Made by a program: the position numbers and the translations under genes. A DNA stretch of 64,000 nt from Hemiscyllium ocellatum (lineage: Eukaryota). The DNA is taken from positions 413,584 through 477,583 of the forward strand of contig NW_026867788.1 in assembly GCF_020745735.1 (NCBI RefSeq), read 5' to 3'. Below, piece by piece: positions 25,571 through 38,679 of this stretch. Numbering within the stretch: the first letter of the stretch is position 1; every line of letters begins with the position of its first letter. A model generated the notes under the pieces. That model made no database searches and was not told where the DNA came from. It saw nothing but the letters and a program-made list of their open reading frames with translations.

Positions 25571-25879
25571 GAGATACTGTGCGCCACGATTACACAGTTA
25601 AAATCCTCCCGCCACCAGTAGAACAGATCTTGCTGGAGGCGACGGTGACTTTAAGCTGCCTTGTGTCCAATCTTCCTTCTGGAGTCAACGTCACCAGGAT
25701 ACAAGAAAAGAAGCCTCTGAAATTAGAAATTGCTGACCAGTCTGGACAGAATCCTGGCAGTGCGATTAGCAAATTAGAAATTTCGACTGAAGCCTGGCTG
25801 AGTGGCATTACTTTTGAATATGTGGTGTACCATCAGAATCTACCAACTCCGTTGAGAGACTCCATCCACAAGAAGAAAG
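25571..25879 (+). pseudogene. IGHM: Cmu3 exon
   Basis: Acceptor TAG at 25568-25570. Reads ...[26 protein letters not shown]...STEAWLSG...[13 protein letters not shown]. Core Trp is now Arg (25696-25698) and the second Cys is Tyr (25819-25821). Donor G|GTGAGC at 25880. Confidence 0.93.
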
Positions 25880-26336
25880 GTGAGCGGTGGGATTAAAGCA
25901 CAAAGAATTCCGTGTGTAATTGAGATCCAGGCACATCAATGGTAAGCTTTGATTGGTAATGAGCAAACACTGTTGGGAGCATAAATCATGCACTTGATAG
26001 CAGAAAAGCTAAGTATCTGATTAAGAAAGAGACAGACCAAAGGCTATTCTATTCCGATTAAATCAGATAAGGTGGGAAGGAACCTAGGTTGTTACGTCAC
26101 CATCAGCGATGACACATGGACAGAATGTCCTTGTTGTGGGCTGGAAACATGGACACGACTTTCAAATTAAACTTTTTACATCTTTTATTGAACATAATGT
26201 CTACCACTCTGCTCCTATTAGAAAATGAATGTGAATAAATCCCAAATTAAGAATGGCATATTTTAATATTTAGTGAAATCGTGATATTGATTTTGGTTTT
26301 TATAGTTGATTTATATTTGTCTCAAATATTTTGCAG

Positions 26337-26728
26337 TGATTAATGCACTGGAGCCATCAGTGTCTGTGCTCCTGCCACCAACAGAAGAAACCTCCGTTCA
26401 GAGGTTTCTCTCCCTCACCTGTTTAGTGAGGAGTTTCTTCCCCCGAGAGATCTTCGTCAAGTTGACAAACAATGACAAGTCGGTGAATCCCAGTAACTAC
26501 AAGAACACCGAGGAGATGGTGGAGAGCAACAACACCTCCTTCTTCATCTACAGCCTGTTATCCATTACTGCGGAGGAGTGGGCCAGCGGTACTTCTTACT
26601 CCTGTGTGGTGGGACATGAAGCGATTCCATTGAAGATCATCAACAGAACAGTCGATAAGTCGAGTGGTAAAACAAGTTTTGTAAACATTTCACTTGCACT
26701 GATGGACACTGTTAATTCATGTCAATAA
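26337..26728 (+). pseudogene. IGHM: Cmu4 exon plus secretory tailpiece
   Basis: Acceptor CAG at 26334-26336. Reads ...[10 protein letters not shown]...[17 protein letters not shown]...[43 protein letters not shown]. The tail has the NIS glycosylation site and penultimate Cys. Core Trp is now Leu (26462-26464). Internal donor G|GTAAAA at 26667 serves the membrane form. Confidence 0.95.
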
Positions 26729-26769
26729 AAATCTCAACGTTGATTCAATAATTCAACAAAAGTAATAAA
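26724..26769 (+). terminator. Poly(A) signals for secreted mu mRNA
   Basis: AATAAA at 26724-26729 (overlapping the stop codon) and at 26764-26769. Confidence 0.6.
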
Positions 26770-26854
26770 GCATTTTTTTTTCGTCCAGTTGTGAGCTAAA
26801 TATACAACTGCTGAATGAATTGATTCTCATTCTTACCTCTATTCCATCTGTGCA

Positions 26855-27100
26855 GTTTAAATGAGATGAGATTCCCTTCAGTGTGGAAACAGGCCCTTCG
26901 GCCCAACAAGTCCACACTGACCTTCCGAAGAGCAACGCACCCAGAACCATTCCCCTTCATTTACCCCTGACTAATGAAATCAATACTACGGGCAATTTAG
27001 CATGGCTAATTCACATAACGTGCACATCTTTGGACCGTGGGAGGAAACTGGGGCACCCAAAAGAAACCCACGCAGATGCGCGGACAATGCACAAACTCCA
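26855..27100 (-). mobile_element. SINE (3' part), just downstream of the secretory poly(A) signals
   Basis: Homologous to the SINE at 2405 (CAGTGTGGAAACAGGCCCTTCGGCCCAACAAGTCCACAC...). Confidence 0.8.
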
Positions 27101-27439
27101 CAAAGTTAAATTGGATCTTTAACAGGTCTGGGAAGCGTGTCTTGTGCAGTTATGTTCCCTGCTCCGATACACCCTGGGTGAGAGACTGAGTAAAGCTCAC
27201 TCATTGCACGATTCCGCCAAGTACCTCATCCATCCTAAATCCCACTGTGATGGAATCTGACAATGTCCATTCTACATCAAGGGGAGAACACAAGTTTTGA
27301 TCTTGGTGTTCCTGATTCCCCGATTGGCCATTCTTACAAAATTCACGTTTCCTACAAAACAAGGTCGATGTTATGTTATCGTGGGCAATCAGTTAAAATT
27401 AGAACCATCAACTTAGAATAATAAAAATTGCAGTTTGGT

Positions 27440-28750
27440 ATAAGAGCAGAAGCACACACAGATACAGAGAGATGCTCACAAATACACACGTAAAGACATT
27501 TATACAGACTCTCACATAAACATAAACAGTTATGCACATCCACTCAGATGTGCATATAGATAAGACATCACATACGCGTACACGCACAGAACCACACATG
27601 CAAATGGTACTTAAACATTCATCTGAGCTTTTCCAAAAACTCACATACACCGAAAGAAAAGCTCATACAGAAATAAACAGGGGTACTTATACATAACCAT
27701 GAAAAACATAGACACACGGTAACACATAAATGGACACAAATTCATATGCATTCATGCAGCACAGTGCATTCCTGAAGAAGGGCTTATGCCCGAAACGTCG
27801 ATTATCCTGCTCCTTGGATGCTGCCTGACCTGCTGAGCTTTTCCAGCAACACATTTTTTCAGCTCTGATGTCCAGCATCTGCAGTCCTCACTTTTTCCTA
27901 GCACAACGCATTCAGGCATACATGCATGAACACAGATATAACATACCAAAAATGCCCTCCTGCATGTCGACACACACAGGCACGTAAGTGCACAGAGAAA
28001 ACGTAAATTTCATTATTTTCCTATTTTTCATTATCACAAACATATGATGACAGAGGCAGCTTTTTTTTTATATTTACGCCACGTTGATCAGCACGTATAC
28101 GCGGTCACATGCACACACAAATTCAGAGTCTCACATGCAGACACGCAAGTGCACAGATCAACAAAAAGTGGGGCATTTATTAAACAAGGATAATGGCACA
28201 AGCATCAGCAAGCATCCACACACAATAACACAAACAAGCTTATCAGGATATGATTTAGGATAGATTGCCACACAAGCAGACATCATCACATAAATATAAA
28301 CATCCATCAAAACATGATTTTATATGCTAACACTTATTAAGCATAAACATGAAAATAAACTAGTGAAGCGAGAATCTGAAATTGATACATGAACACACAT
28401 TTTAGATAGCACTAACGAATAATGAACAATCACAGGGACATTATGAGATAAACATAGGCATCAGTGAAATGGCATATTTGCATAAAGATGCTTATGCACT
28501 GTGAATTGAACAAAACTTACGTGCACAAACGCATGAACACACCAGCAATAAAGGAGCATGAATATGTTTATTCGTGCACAGACTCAAACATGGGTAAGAA
28601 TGAAGTCAGAGTAAATCATAACTACATGCAGAAACATTAAATGAAAACCATACACATCAAGCAGTAGATCAAATAAATTAAGGGATACATGCACAAAAAC
28701 ATATTCCTTAAAATAGAGACCCTACAAACAAAAATATGAAGCAAAGTTGT
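27440..28750. repeat. Degenerate CA/TA-rich low-complexity tract
   Basis: Runs such as ACACACAGATACAGAGAG, CACATACAC and CATGCACACAC. Confidence 0.55.
27768..27900 (+). mobile_element. Solo PLE terminus with hammerhead motif
   Basis: ATTC, core CTGAAGA, A, stem II GGGC(TTAT)GCCC, GAAA, CGTC, GATT. It continues into GATGCTGCCTGACCTGCTG...CCAGCATCTGCAGTCCTCACT, the same sequence that ends the PLEs at 35.7 and 40.6 kb. Confidence 0.8.
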
Positions 28751-29196
28751 AATTGTGTATGCAACGTATATTCATAATCTGCCAAGCAATTTCTCACCAA
28801 TAAATAAAAATGAGAATCACATTTGAACTTTTATGCAATGATGGCTACGATTTTCAACTAAACTGCGGTCACAAACTATAATTAAAATATCATGACATAA
28901 TTAAAATACTCATTCCTAATAAGCGTTCCTCAAATAATAATATCCTTCAATAATAGATGAAAAGAAAAAGTAATTTAAAATGTTGCTACAGACAGCGCAG
29001 AAGGAACATGTGCATTTATTTTTTGCAAGTTCTTGCCAAGAGTGAATAATGCACTAAGAAATTCAAATAGTCACAATTGAGAAACATCTGCCTGTTTATG
29101 AAGATGCAATGGTCTCTAGTTTCTGACTTGGATATGGATAGATCGGACTGGATCCATAAACATTTTAAATGCGTTCTCTCGGATTTATATTCATAG

Positions 29197-29324
29197 ATTC
29201 AATGAATTGCACTTGGATTGAAGACTATGAGGATGATAATGGCAACATCTGGACAACTGCTTCCACGTTCACCACCTTGTTCTTCCTGAGTATTTTCTAC
29301 AGCGCTGCTGTCACTCTGGTGAAG
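29197..29324 (+). pseudogene. IGHM: IgM TM1 exon
   Basis: Acceptor TAG at 29194-29196. Reads DSMNCTWIEDYEDDNGNIWTTASTFTTLFFLSIFYSAAVTLVK: acidic spacer plus Ig CART transmembrane motif. Phase-0 donor AAG|GTGAGA at 29325. Confidence 0.95.
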
Positions 29325-29462
29325 GTGAGAATAATCACATCTTTCACACGCCAAGAAGCCCAATACGTTTTGTAAAATCTCTAAGTGTACCATTAAATTA
29401 AAAAAAATATGAATGCCCCTGATCATAAATATCTGCGTCATTGCTTTATCTCTCTTTTCCAG

Positions 29463-29471
29463 GTTAAGTGA
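29463..29471 (+). pseudogene. IGHM: IgM TM2 exon (VK*; cytoplasmic tail KVK)
   Basis: Pyrimidine tract and CAG at 29460-29462, then GTT AAG TGA. Confidence 0.85.
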
Positions 29472-29875
29472 ATGAGTTGTGGACCCCTTTGCTTTTGCTG
29501 ATCTGCTTATCAAGGTCTATGAATTCCCAATCTCTAATCTGTCTTGTTGCTGACTCTAACAGTGAGATCATTTCAGCTTCTCAGCGTGTGACTGAAACAA
29601 TTAATCATGGATTTTCCTTTTTACTTTGGTATCGTCGAGATGATTGTAGTTGAAAAAAATTGTAGCTGCCCAGTTGTTTAAAACCCATTTGTTTTTTCTT
29701 TGAATTTGTTCCTCATTCAGAATGGTTGCCTACCCTTTATGATGAGCTATTGTATTCCTTTTCTGTTGACAGTTACGGATGTACAGAAACTCACAGCTCC
29801 GAGTGCACACGATCTCATCTCAATGTGGCATCCAGCCATTGTATTCACGTCTGTTAACTTTAATATTAACGTTTG

Positions 29876-29916
29876 AATAAATTGCTTTCTGAAATGGTTA
29901 ATAAATCTCGAATAAA
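29876..29916 (+). terminator. Poly(A) signal cluster for membrane mu mRNA
   Basis: Three AATAAA within 41 bp (29876, 29900, 29911), about 400 bp after the TM2 stop. Confidence 0.6.
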
Positions 29917-31749
29917 TGTGCACTAACCATTCGTTTGCTTAATTCTTTCTTCAAGTCTAATCAGTAATAATACATTTTCTTACGTCCCTCTCGTTTTCCA
30001 GCTAAATACTTTCACTTGTTCTGTTTGCTTGTGTTTCATCCAGTCATTGAGGTTAATGCTGGGCTACCATGCAGCCCTCTAATGTAAATGCATCTTCCAC
30101 ACGATATGCCTGATGGAACACTCCAGAAGCAGAATGACCCGAGAACATTTCCTCTTATGCACAAAGGGTTACGGCCTCGGGTCACATAATGATAAAAATG
30201 AGGTGCTTCGCTCCACCTAAGCAGATAAAAGGCAGGCAACGGAGTTTGAAAGTTTACTCTGCTCTGTCTAAACTAAAAGTACTCCCAACGTCGGGACAGT
30301 CTGAGTTAGTAATGCACAATTAACCAGCTAAAGCGCCCAACAAAATATTCATCAGCCAAAAATGTCAACGTTCAGTCAGGTATTCAGGCACAACACATGT
30401 ATAATCCAAGGGCAGATTCTCAGAACTGGAGTTTGTCTTACAAATAAAACTCATGGAGCATAATTCCTGGGATCTATTTGACAAACACCTGTCAAATCCA
30501 AGGAAATCAGACTGAGATCTATCAGATACACGAATATTATTGAACAGCAACACTCAAAAATAATAAATCAGAGGTCGATGTCGATCAGGCAAGGCACAGC
30601 TCAAAAGTACTGGAAATATTCAGCTATTTGGATCTATGTGACGCAAGATAGAACTGAGAACCAATCATAGCAACTATTCACAGCGTCTGGAATCTATCAG
30701 CAGAGGTGAACAGTCCCAATTTCTCAGAGTCGGCGAGGTACATCATCCCGGGAACAGTGTTGTGAATCAGTCATGCATCCTATCTCATAACTTTACATTT
30801 TTCCCAAAATGTGGCTTCTGAAACGAGATGCAATATTCCAGGTGAGACAAGCGACTGTTTTATTTCTGTTTAACATAATTGCTTTGCGTTTGTTCGGTAC
30901 AGAGTACTTGAAGCAAGGTTTCTTTGCTTTTCTGTTCACATGTCATGGTTCATTCTCTGATTTGTGCAGATATACATGGAGGACCCTGTGTTCCTGCACC
31001 CCTTTGGGTTTACACCCTTATTATTGTATATTCCACTGAGTTCATCACAAAGTACAGAGGCATGTCACACACCCCTGACATTGAGATCTATCTGGCACAC
31101 CAATATTAATGAATAAGAATCCTCAAAATTATAAATCACAGATTGATTTCGATCAGGAAAGGCAGAGATCAGACGTACTGGAAAATCTGCTGTTCTCCAT
31201 GTCATTTCCCACAAACCCTCTGCAAAACGTTGAACCTCTGAGTTGTTCTTCCAATATCCTAACATTTTACCTTAAATTGCTATTAATATTTTCTGTAATT
31301 TTGCCTTATTGATCAAAGCACAGGTTAAAACTGCAAGCACTCCAAATACTGAATTCCGAGAGCGTACACGATACGGCGACCTATATTCTGAAACGGCAAA
31401 CACCCGTTAACAAAGGGCTGACAAGTACAAAACAGCAGGTGATATGAATTTGAAATAATCAAAACGTATGGAAAATAGCCTGAAGGTACAACGGTGTGAG
31501 CAAGACCTTAGCAGTCAAAATGGAGTTCGTTTTTTCTAAAAATAAATGTTACTTATATCCATAACTTACCTTCCACACAATGTTACTTTTTATTTCCCAT
31601 CACCAAGTCACCTATAGTATTTTTATTTTCAGCTACTAACCATCATCAGTAAATTGAATAATTTATGTTCAAAGCCCCTCAAAGACAACTGACACCATCA
31701 AAGGTACGGCAGAAGTAGGAAGACCTAAAAGGAGATTGGAGTCAATTTT

Positions 31750-32870
31750 TCTTGTGGTGAAATACTAGTGCTGTTCTGACAGAAGGTATTTCTGAGGGAT
31801 GGTCCAGTAAAGCTATGTTGGTGGAACTCAAATAAGAAGAGCATGATTATGTTGAGGCAATTGTAATAGTCTCCCCAGTAGTCAGAGTGAAATTAAGTAA
31901 TAAATATTTTGAGAGATCTAATTTGTACCTAAGAGTACTAGGGTTGTAATAATAGTAAATTTTAACCTTCCAACCATAAAGCGGGACAGTCATGGTCTTA
32001 AGAGTTTGAGTGATGAGGAATTTGTTCAGTGTTGAAGGAATTCTTTTCATTAATATGCAAAAGAAGCTACCGCAGAAGGAGCAAATCTGTTCTCCTCTTG
32101 TGAAATAAAGCAGGGCAAGTGACTGAATGGTTAGTAGGGGAGCAGTTTGGGCAAGGGGTCATAATTCGATTAGTTGCAAAGTACCTATGGAAAGGATTGG
32201 CATTATATACAAGTTAAAGTTCTGAATTAGACGAGGGAAAATTTTGACAGTATAAGACAAAAACTTTCAAAGATTGATTGGAGTAGACTGTATGCAGCTG
32301 GAGGGAAGGCCAGCAAAAGCGAGGCTTTCAGATGTGAGATAACGAGACTTCAGAGGCATGATATTCCTGTTAGAGTGAAGGTAAGGCTAGGAAGAGGAGG
32401 GAACAATGGAGGAATAAAGATATTGAGGCTCTGTTTAAGAATAAGGACAAATCATATATTAGATATAGATAAATGAGATGAAGTGAATCTCGAAGAGTAC
32501 ACGAGGTGCACGGACGTTCTAAAAAGGGGAATGAGGAGGGCAGGAATGAAAAAAATGAGATAACTTTGGTAGATAATGTTAAAGATAATCCAAAGAGATT
32601 CTACTCGTACATTAAGAGCAAAGGAGTAGTGTTATGGAGTCATAGAGATGCACAACATGGAAACATTCCCTTTGGTCTCATTTTCCCATGCTGACCAGAT
32701 ATCCTCATGTAATCCCATTTGCCAATACCTGGCCCACATCCCTCTCGACCCTTCCTATTCATATACATACTAAGACGCCTTTTAAATGTTGAAATTGAAC
32801 CAGCGTTAACCACTTTCTCTGGCAGTTCATTCCATACACACACCATCCTCTGCATGAAATGGAAAACAGC
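31750..32870 (+). mobile_element. Degenerate CR1 (+) followed by an inverted CR1 3' end (32635-32870, minus strand)
   Basis: VKDNPKRFYSYIKSK motif on +; WNELPEKVVNAGSISTFKRRL on the minus strand. Confidence 0.65.
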
Positions 32871-33099
32871 AATTGCAGTCCGGATAATCTCACTATATCA
32901 TTTGTGAAAAAATAGTTCCCTGCTTTGACCTTGCAGTTAATAGAGCCTATTAATTAGTCCTGTGCTTGTAATAATTCTCCTTTATCTGTCATTCTACATT
33001 TATTTGCTATAGTTATCATGTAGATTACTGCACCTCTCCAAGTGTTTCACCAAAAATTCAAATCAAACAAAATAAAACTGGAAATTAAATATTGTCTCT

Positions 33100-33980
33100 A
33101 ATTATTAAAAAAAAGCAATTCAATGACACCAAATTGGAAGAGGAATGTTGAAAGATAGTCAACTCTGAGGACTACAAACGTTGCAAGAGATTATTAATTA
33201 ATTTACTGCATGGTCAAAAAATTAGCAAATGAAGATCCACACAGATAAACGTAAGGTGTTACACCTTGGTCGGAATAGTGTACAGGTCACATATTCAAAA
33301 ATGCGTATTTAAGTGTGGGAGACAAACAATGGGATCTCAGACAATTACATCCGTCACTAACCATTTCATCACAGATTCTGAAGGGTATAAAAATGCAAAC
33401 AAAGCACTGAGCCTTATCTCTAAAGGGGTAGATTTGAAAGTAGAGTCCCTATAAAAATTTGATTGACTATAATTAAGAGTATTGCCTGCAGCTCCAATTG
33501 ACATATTATAGAATGTGCGAGAGAGAGTGAGGAGAAGATTTATAAGAATGATAAACAAATTTCTGACTGTGTATATCAGGGAAGAATTGTGCTGTTCACT
33601 TCTCTCTTGAAAAGAAGGCTGACAGTTCTGAAATTATGAAAGGTTTTGAAAAGAAAAGGTACAGATAAAACGTTTCTCAATGGGGTGGAACATAGCTAGA
33701 GGCTGACAATGGAAGTCAGTAACTCAAGAAATCCAAAAGGGAATTCAGAGGAAACATCTTCACTGATAGAATGATGAGAACGGGGAATATGTGATCAGCC
33801 AGAATAGTTGAAATTAATAGTTTAGATGTATTTCAAGGAGAGCACTTACAATGGATGAGAGTAGAGAATTACAATGGGCGACTTACAAGAAAAAAGATGT
33901 GAAACAGCTTGAGTGGAACATAAACACTGGCATGAACTGATTGCGCAAAATGGTCTGTATCTCCTCTGTAATTCTATGTA
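33100..33980 (+). mobile_element. Degenerate CR1 RT/3' fragment
   Basis: Remnants of WQMKF...KCKVLH and of RGNIFTDRMMR; degenerate 3' UTR. Confidence 0.6.
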
Positions 33981-34894
33981 GAAAAGCACAGTTGTATGAA
34001 AAAATCAGATCATTAAGATCATCTAGAGGAATTATAAAATTTCTCACAATAAAGTCTCAAGCATTCAGCCCTGAATATAAATGATTTTATCACATGCCCA
34101 ACCTTCACTATTTGCTTGATATCACTGAAACAGCAGCAATCACAATAATCTTATTCGGATTAGGAGTAACCCATTGTCCATGCACCAATTGGGGGATTTT
34201 AATGACTCATTAATGGCCTCATTGGATGTCCCAACCTGGTTCTGGAAATGTTCAGTACACTCTAGCCCTCACGACTTCTTTCACTCACCTACTTTGATTT
34301 CCAGTTCCTGTATTGATCGCCACCATGGACAAGTGACTGTTACAGTATGCAGGTGGGATACCCTGTTGTGAGTCGTGAGGTACTTCTTTAGGAGGGACAT
34401 CGAGCAAGCGTGCCTCTAGAATGCAGGAGGAGGTCTACCACACAATGGAGGACCCGTCTGCTGCTAATAAACTGCCAGAATTGGCGGGAATTGACTCTAC
34501 ATTGACTACCTGCATAGCCATCCATTCCTTAATTTGGGATCAATAAAATACTACGGACGTGGAAATATAAGAGTCACTGAAACTTCTTCCTTACCTGGTC
34601 ATCTTCCACCGTATTATACACCTATTCCCCTTGCAGCCTGTCCCTAAAGGACTGATAGAACCCAGTTCCAATCCAATATTCCAGCACAAGAAGGGCTGGC
34701 AAACTGGTCAAAATTGATAAAGCTCAACATAGAGCAATCTTGACCTGTCAAATTCCAAAATGTTACTTGAGATGAGTTCACCAAAATGACGGAAGTACAG
34801 AAACAGGAGACGTTTGTTGTTATGTCTCAGAAGAGTTAGGACTAATGACCAGAAACACGAAACAGACATTTCTGCCCATCCAAGCGGACCCAAC

Positions 34895-35815
34895 TACAGG
34901 GATATATTTCCCTCCCTATCCCTTTCTGTCTTCTGCAAAGAACATTCCCTCCGTGATTATCTGGTCAGGTCCACGAACCCAACAACCCACCCTCCTGTCC
35001 TGACACCTTCCCTTGCCACCGCAGGGATTGCAAAACCTGCGCCCACACCTCCTCCCTCACCTCTATCCAAGACCCCAAAGGAGCCTACCACATCCGTCAA
35101 AGTATTACCTGCACATCCATCAATATCATTTGCACCCAATGCGTTCTGCTCTACATCAGGGAGACTGGACACCACTGAGCAGAGACCTTTAGAGAACATC
35201 TCTGGGAGATCCACACCAATCAACAACACCGCCCTGTAGCCCAACATTTCAACTCCCCCTCCCACTCAGCCGTGGACATGGAGGTCCTGGGCGTCTTCAC
35301 CGCCTCTCCCTCACCACAAAACGCCTGGAGGGAGAATGCCTCATCTTCTGCCTCTGAACAATTCAAACCCAGGGCATCAATATGGACTGCACCAGTTGTC
35401 CCATTTCTCCATTCCCCACCTCACTACCGTTCCAAACTTCCCCATAACACTGTCCCCATAACTTGTCCTACTTTCCTGTCTTCCTTTCCATCTCTCTACT
35501 CCACCCTCCTCTCTGACCTATCACCTTCATCCCAGCCCTATTCACCGATTGTGCACTTTGCTACCTTCTCCCACCCTCCTCCTGACCTATCATCTCCATC
35601 CCAACTCCCATTCACCCATTGTACTCCATGCTACTTTCTCCCCAGGCCCACCCTCCTCTCATTTATCTCTCCACCATGCAGGCACTCTGCCTCTATTCCT
35701 GATGAAGGGCTTTTGCCTGAAACTTCCATTTTCCTGCTCCTCGAATGCTGCCTGAACTGCTGCGCTTTTCCAGGACCATCTAATCTAGAATCTGGTTTCC
35801 AGCACGTGCAGTCCT
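34895..35815 (+). mobile_element. PLE 3' fragment (GIY-YIG remnant plus terminus with degraded hammerhead)
   Basis: Remnants of TCTS..II.CTQC.LLYI.ETG....FREHL and RPVAQHFNSP. Pyrimidine-rich 3' UTR, then TATTCCTGATGAAGGGCTTTTGCCTGAAAC at 35694. Confidence 0.8.
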
Positions 35816-36649
35816 TGTTTTTACCTTTTTCGTGAGTGCTCAGTCTGTGAACGTGCAATTGATCAATAACCACAAAATTAATGTCAAATTAAAATGGTTG
35901 CTGGGTCTTTAACTTATTGTCAGGCATTAAAATTACAGAAGTCTCACAATACTGCATTTCAAGTACTGAGCAGATTATTTAATGAAACAAGGTCATACTT
36001 CAAATGACAAACTGCACAAGATGGTGAATATTTCTTTAAAATTCCTCAATACTTTTACATGAAATGACACTGAGCGCCAAAGCAAATTGCCAACTGTGGT
36101 GGCAGCAGGAGGCAACAGAGAAAGTAGCAGGCACAAGGAGTGAAACCATTTCTTCAACACTTTGCATTTGCCACACAGTCTAGAAATTTCAGTCTGAGAT
36201 AAACTCAACAATTTAACGCTCTATTGCTGCTTGTCCTCCACTAAGTACTCAGCATTTCTTGTTCCAAGGGAGAAGGGAGAAAATGTGTCAACAATTGAGA
36301 AGCCATTTCTTCATGAATGTACTGTGATTGGGAGTTGTGTCCATGCCATTTTTGTGTGATATGTCTTATCGAGTAGCATAAAGCACGGAAACATTGAAAT
36401 CTTCATGAAACGAATTCTGATGATCAAACATATGACCACCCTTTGTCGACTTGTTGTTTCGCAAATGAAGCATAACATGGTCATACACTGGAGCAAACTT
36501 ACTTTTTGACCGTCACTTTCTTTTCTTTTGAATTTAAATTGCCAACTTCCTCAGAATTTAGACAGAGTTTGGACTCCATGTTTGTCTCACAGCTTCAATT
36601 GAACGCAAGAACAAATTTAGAAACTTCAAACAAGCATTTTCAACTATAA

Positions 36650-36810
36650 TTAAAGAGGGGGCTTGATATAGCACTTGTGGCAAATGGGATCGAATATTAT
36701 GGGGAGAAAGCTATTGAGTTGGACAATCAGCCATGATCGTGATGAATGGCACAGCACACTCGAAGGATTGCATGGCCTCCTCCTGCTCCTATTTTCGATG
36801 TTTCTAAACT
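36650..36810 (+). mobile_element. CR1 3' end
   Basis: ATCAGCCATGATCGTGATGAATGGC...ATGGCCTCCTCCTGCTCCTATTTTCGATGTTTCT. Confidence 0.7.
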
Positions 36811-38059
36811 GGTTTAAATACTCAAAAAAAACTGAAGTTTAAGAATTATAGGCCTTCATCACATGATTTAGGTGAACGGGTTACACACGAGATATTTTAG
36901 TCAGCATATAAAGTTAGTCCATATGATCTCCTAGTATCGTTGCTTGAGGCTGAGATTACAGTAGATTAGAAGCTTTCCTCCCACTAAGATGAATCTGTTT
37001 GTTGGACTTATCCAGACAACTTTGAACAAAAATATTTTAAATGTTGTGATTCTCCAGTCTCTGATTCCATACCTGTATTTGAACTGGATTAGGTTGTTGT
37101 GGACATTACCACTGTAGCTTCAATATTACTTTTCCCTATATCAGAAGTTGTCTCCAATTCAGTTGTTATCAGTTACCAACACTCTATAAATATCAGCCTT
37201 TCTTATTGAAGAAGAAATTGCAGCAGAATTCTGCTTTCTCGCCACAAATGCTGCCAGACCTGCTGAGATTCTCCAGCAGTTTCATTTTTGTTTCAGATTT
37301 CCAGCATCTTCAATTTTATTTTATTTTAGCCTTTCTAAAATTCTGTCAAACTTCATCTCATCTAAGTATCAATTGCATATTTTTTTCACCATGAATTTGA
37401 CATCAACTTCCTCTTCATAATGCCTTAGCCAGGTCCCTGCCTCTATGAAGTTTAAACAGGGTATGTATGATCATTGGCCACAATCATTGTTTTGCTACGC
37501 TTTCACTGTTTGTGACGAAGGATGACTTTTGGATTCCCTTTTAATTTTAGTTGCCAGTCTCCTTTACTCTTCACGTCCCCACTGAACTGTCTATATTTCG
37601 CACTGGGGTTATCAACAATCCGTATCCATTGCAAAATAATCCAGACAATTAGAGTTTTGTTTTTGACACCATTTCCTGCTGGTGGAAATGATAAGCTGCA
37701 CTGTAGAACTGTAGCTGAACATTTCCCAAAATTTGTGCTCAAATGTCCTTGTTCAAATGCCCTCTTGCAGTATTGAAATCAGGCCCACTCCACCTCAGAA
37801 TTATTCTGGATTGTTCTTTGTTCATTTTATACACAAGCTTATATATTTTCATACAATGATAAATGCTTCCTGAACTGATCCCAGTCTAATATTTAATGCA
37901 GTTTATGCATATTGTGTGCATGCGCACAGGTTATGAACTTGGTTGTGCGGATTGAAGATATCATTAGGATTCTAAACTTTTTAAATAGGAAACGTCACAT
38001 GGAAAATAAGGAAATTGTGACAAAAGTTTATTAAAAAACCTGCTTTTCCATCACAGCTA

Positions 38060-38350
38060 GTATCCATGCTGCATGCTTCAGGAAGGGACTTGAGAAGGTG
38101 CACAAAAGATACACAAACATGTTACCAGAGATGAACAACTGGACAACTGTGTGGCTAGTTTGAAGAAGCTCGGACTGCTTTTTATGGAGAAGAGAAAATG
38201 AAGAAGACATTTTATAAGTGTTCAAAGTTATGAGGGATTTCGACAGAGCAGAGTAAAAGGGTTTGGGAGTGCATCTGGATTGGTTACTATTTGAAGGGTT
38301 GGTGTCGACTTGTCGGGCCAAGTGGCCTGATTCCATACTGGATGCATTCT
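38060..38350 (+). mobile_element. Degenerate CR1 3' fragment
   Basis: LEKVHKR.T.MLP-like and LGLLFMEKR-like remnants plus 3' UTR. Confidence 0.55.
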
Positions 38351-38679
38351 TCTTTAAAAAGCCCTGAGAAGAAAAGGACACGGTTAAAACGAATTATTTT
38401 TTGAAAGAAACAGCATAGTTTGGGAACTGGATTGTTCTGCCTAATAGTGTAGTGGTGGAGGCACCTTCCATGGAGTTGTTCAAAAGAAATCCGCAATTTT
38501 CATCAGGAGAAGTTTTGCAGTATAAAATAGTAAAAGGACTTGGTAGCGAACGTACCATGTCCCCACGCCGATCGCCGCCCCCACGCCTAACCCCGTCCCC
38601 ACACCTAATCCCGCCCCCACTCCCAACTCCAATCCCACACCCGGTCCTAGCTCCTAGCTCCTAGCCCTGCCGTATTTTC

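Noticed and set aside
18042-29471. Alternative assignment as IgW or IgNAR
   Set aside because: Four C domains, a CH1 with the light-chain Cys, an IgM-type secretory tail, a KVK cytoplasmic tail and a conventional VH with WVRQ/GLEW fit IgM.
35272-35835. 187-aa Pro/Ser-rich ORF
   Set aside because: Translation of the pyrimidine-rich PLE 3' UTR, not a gene.
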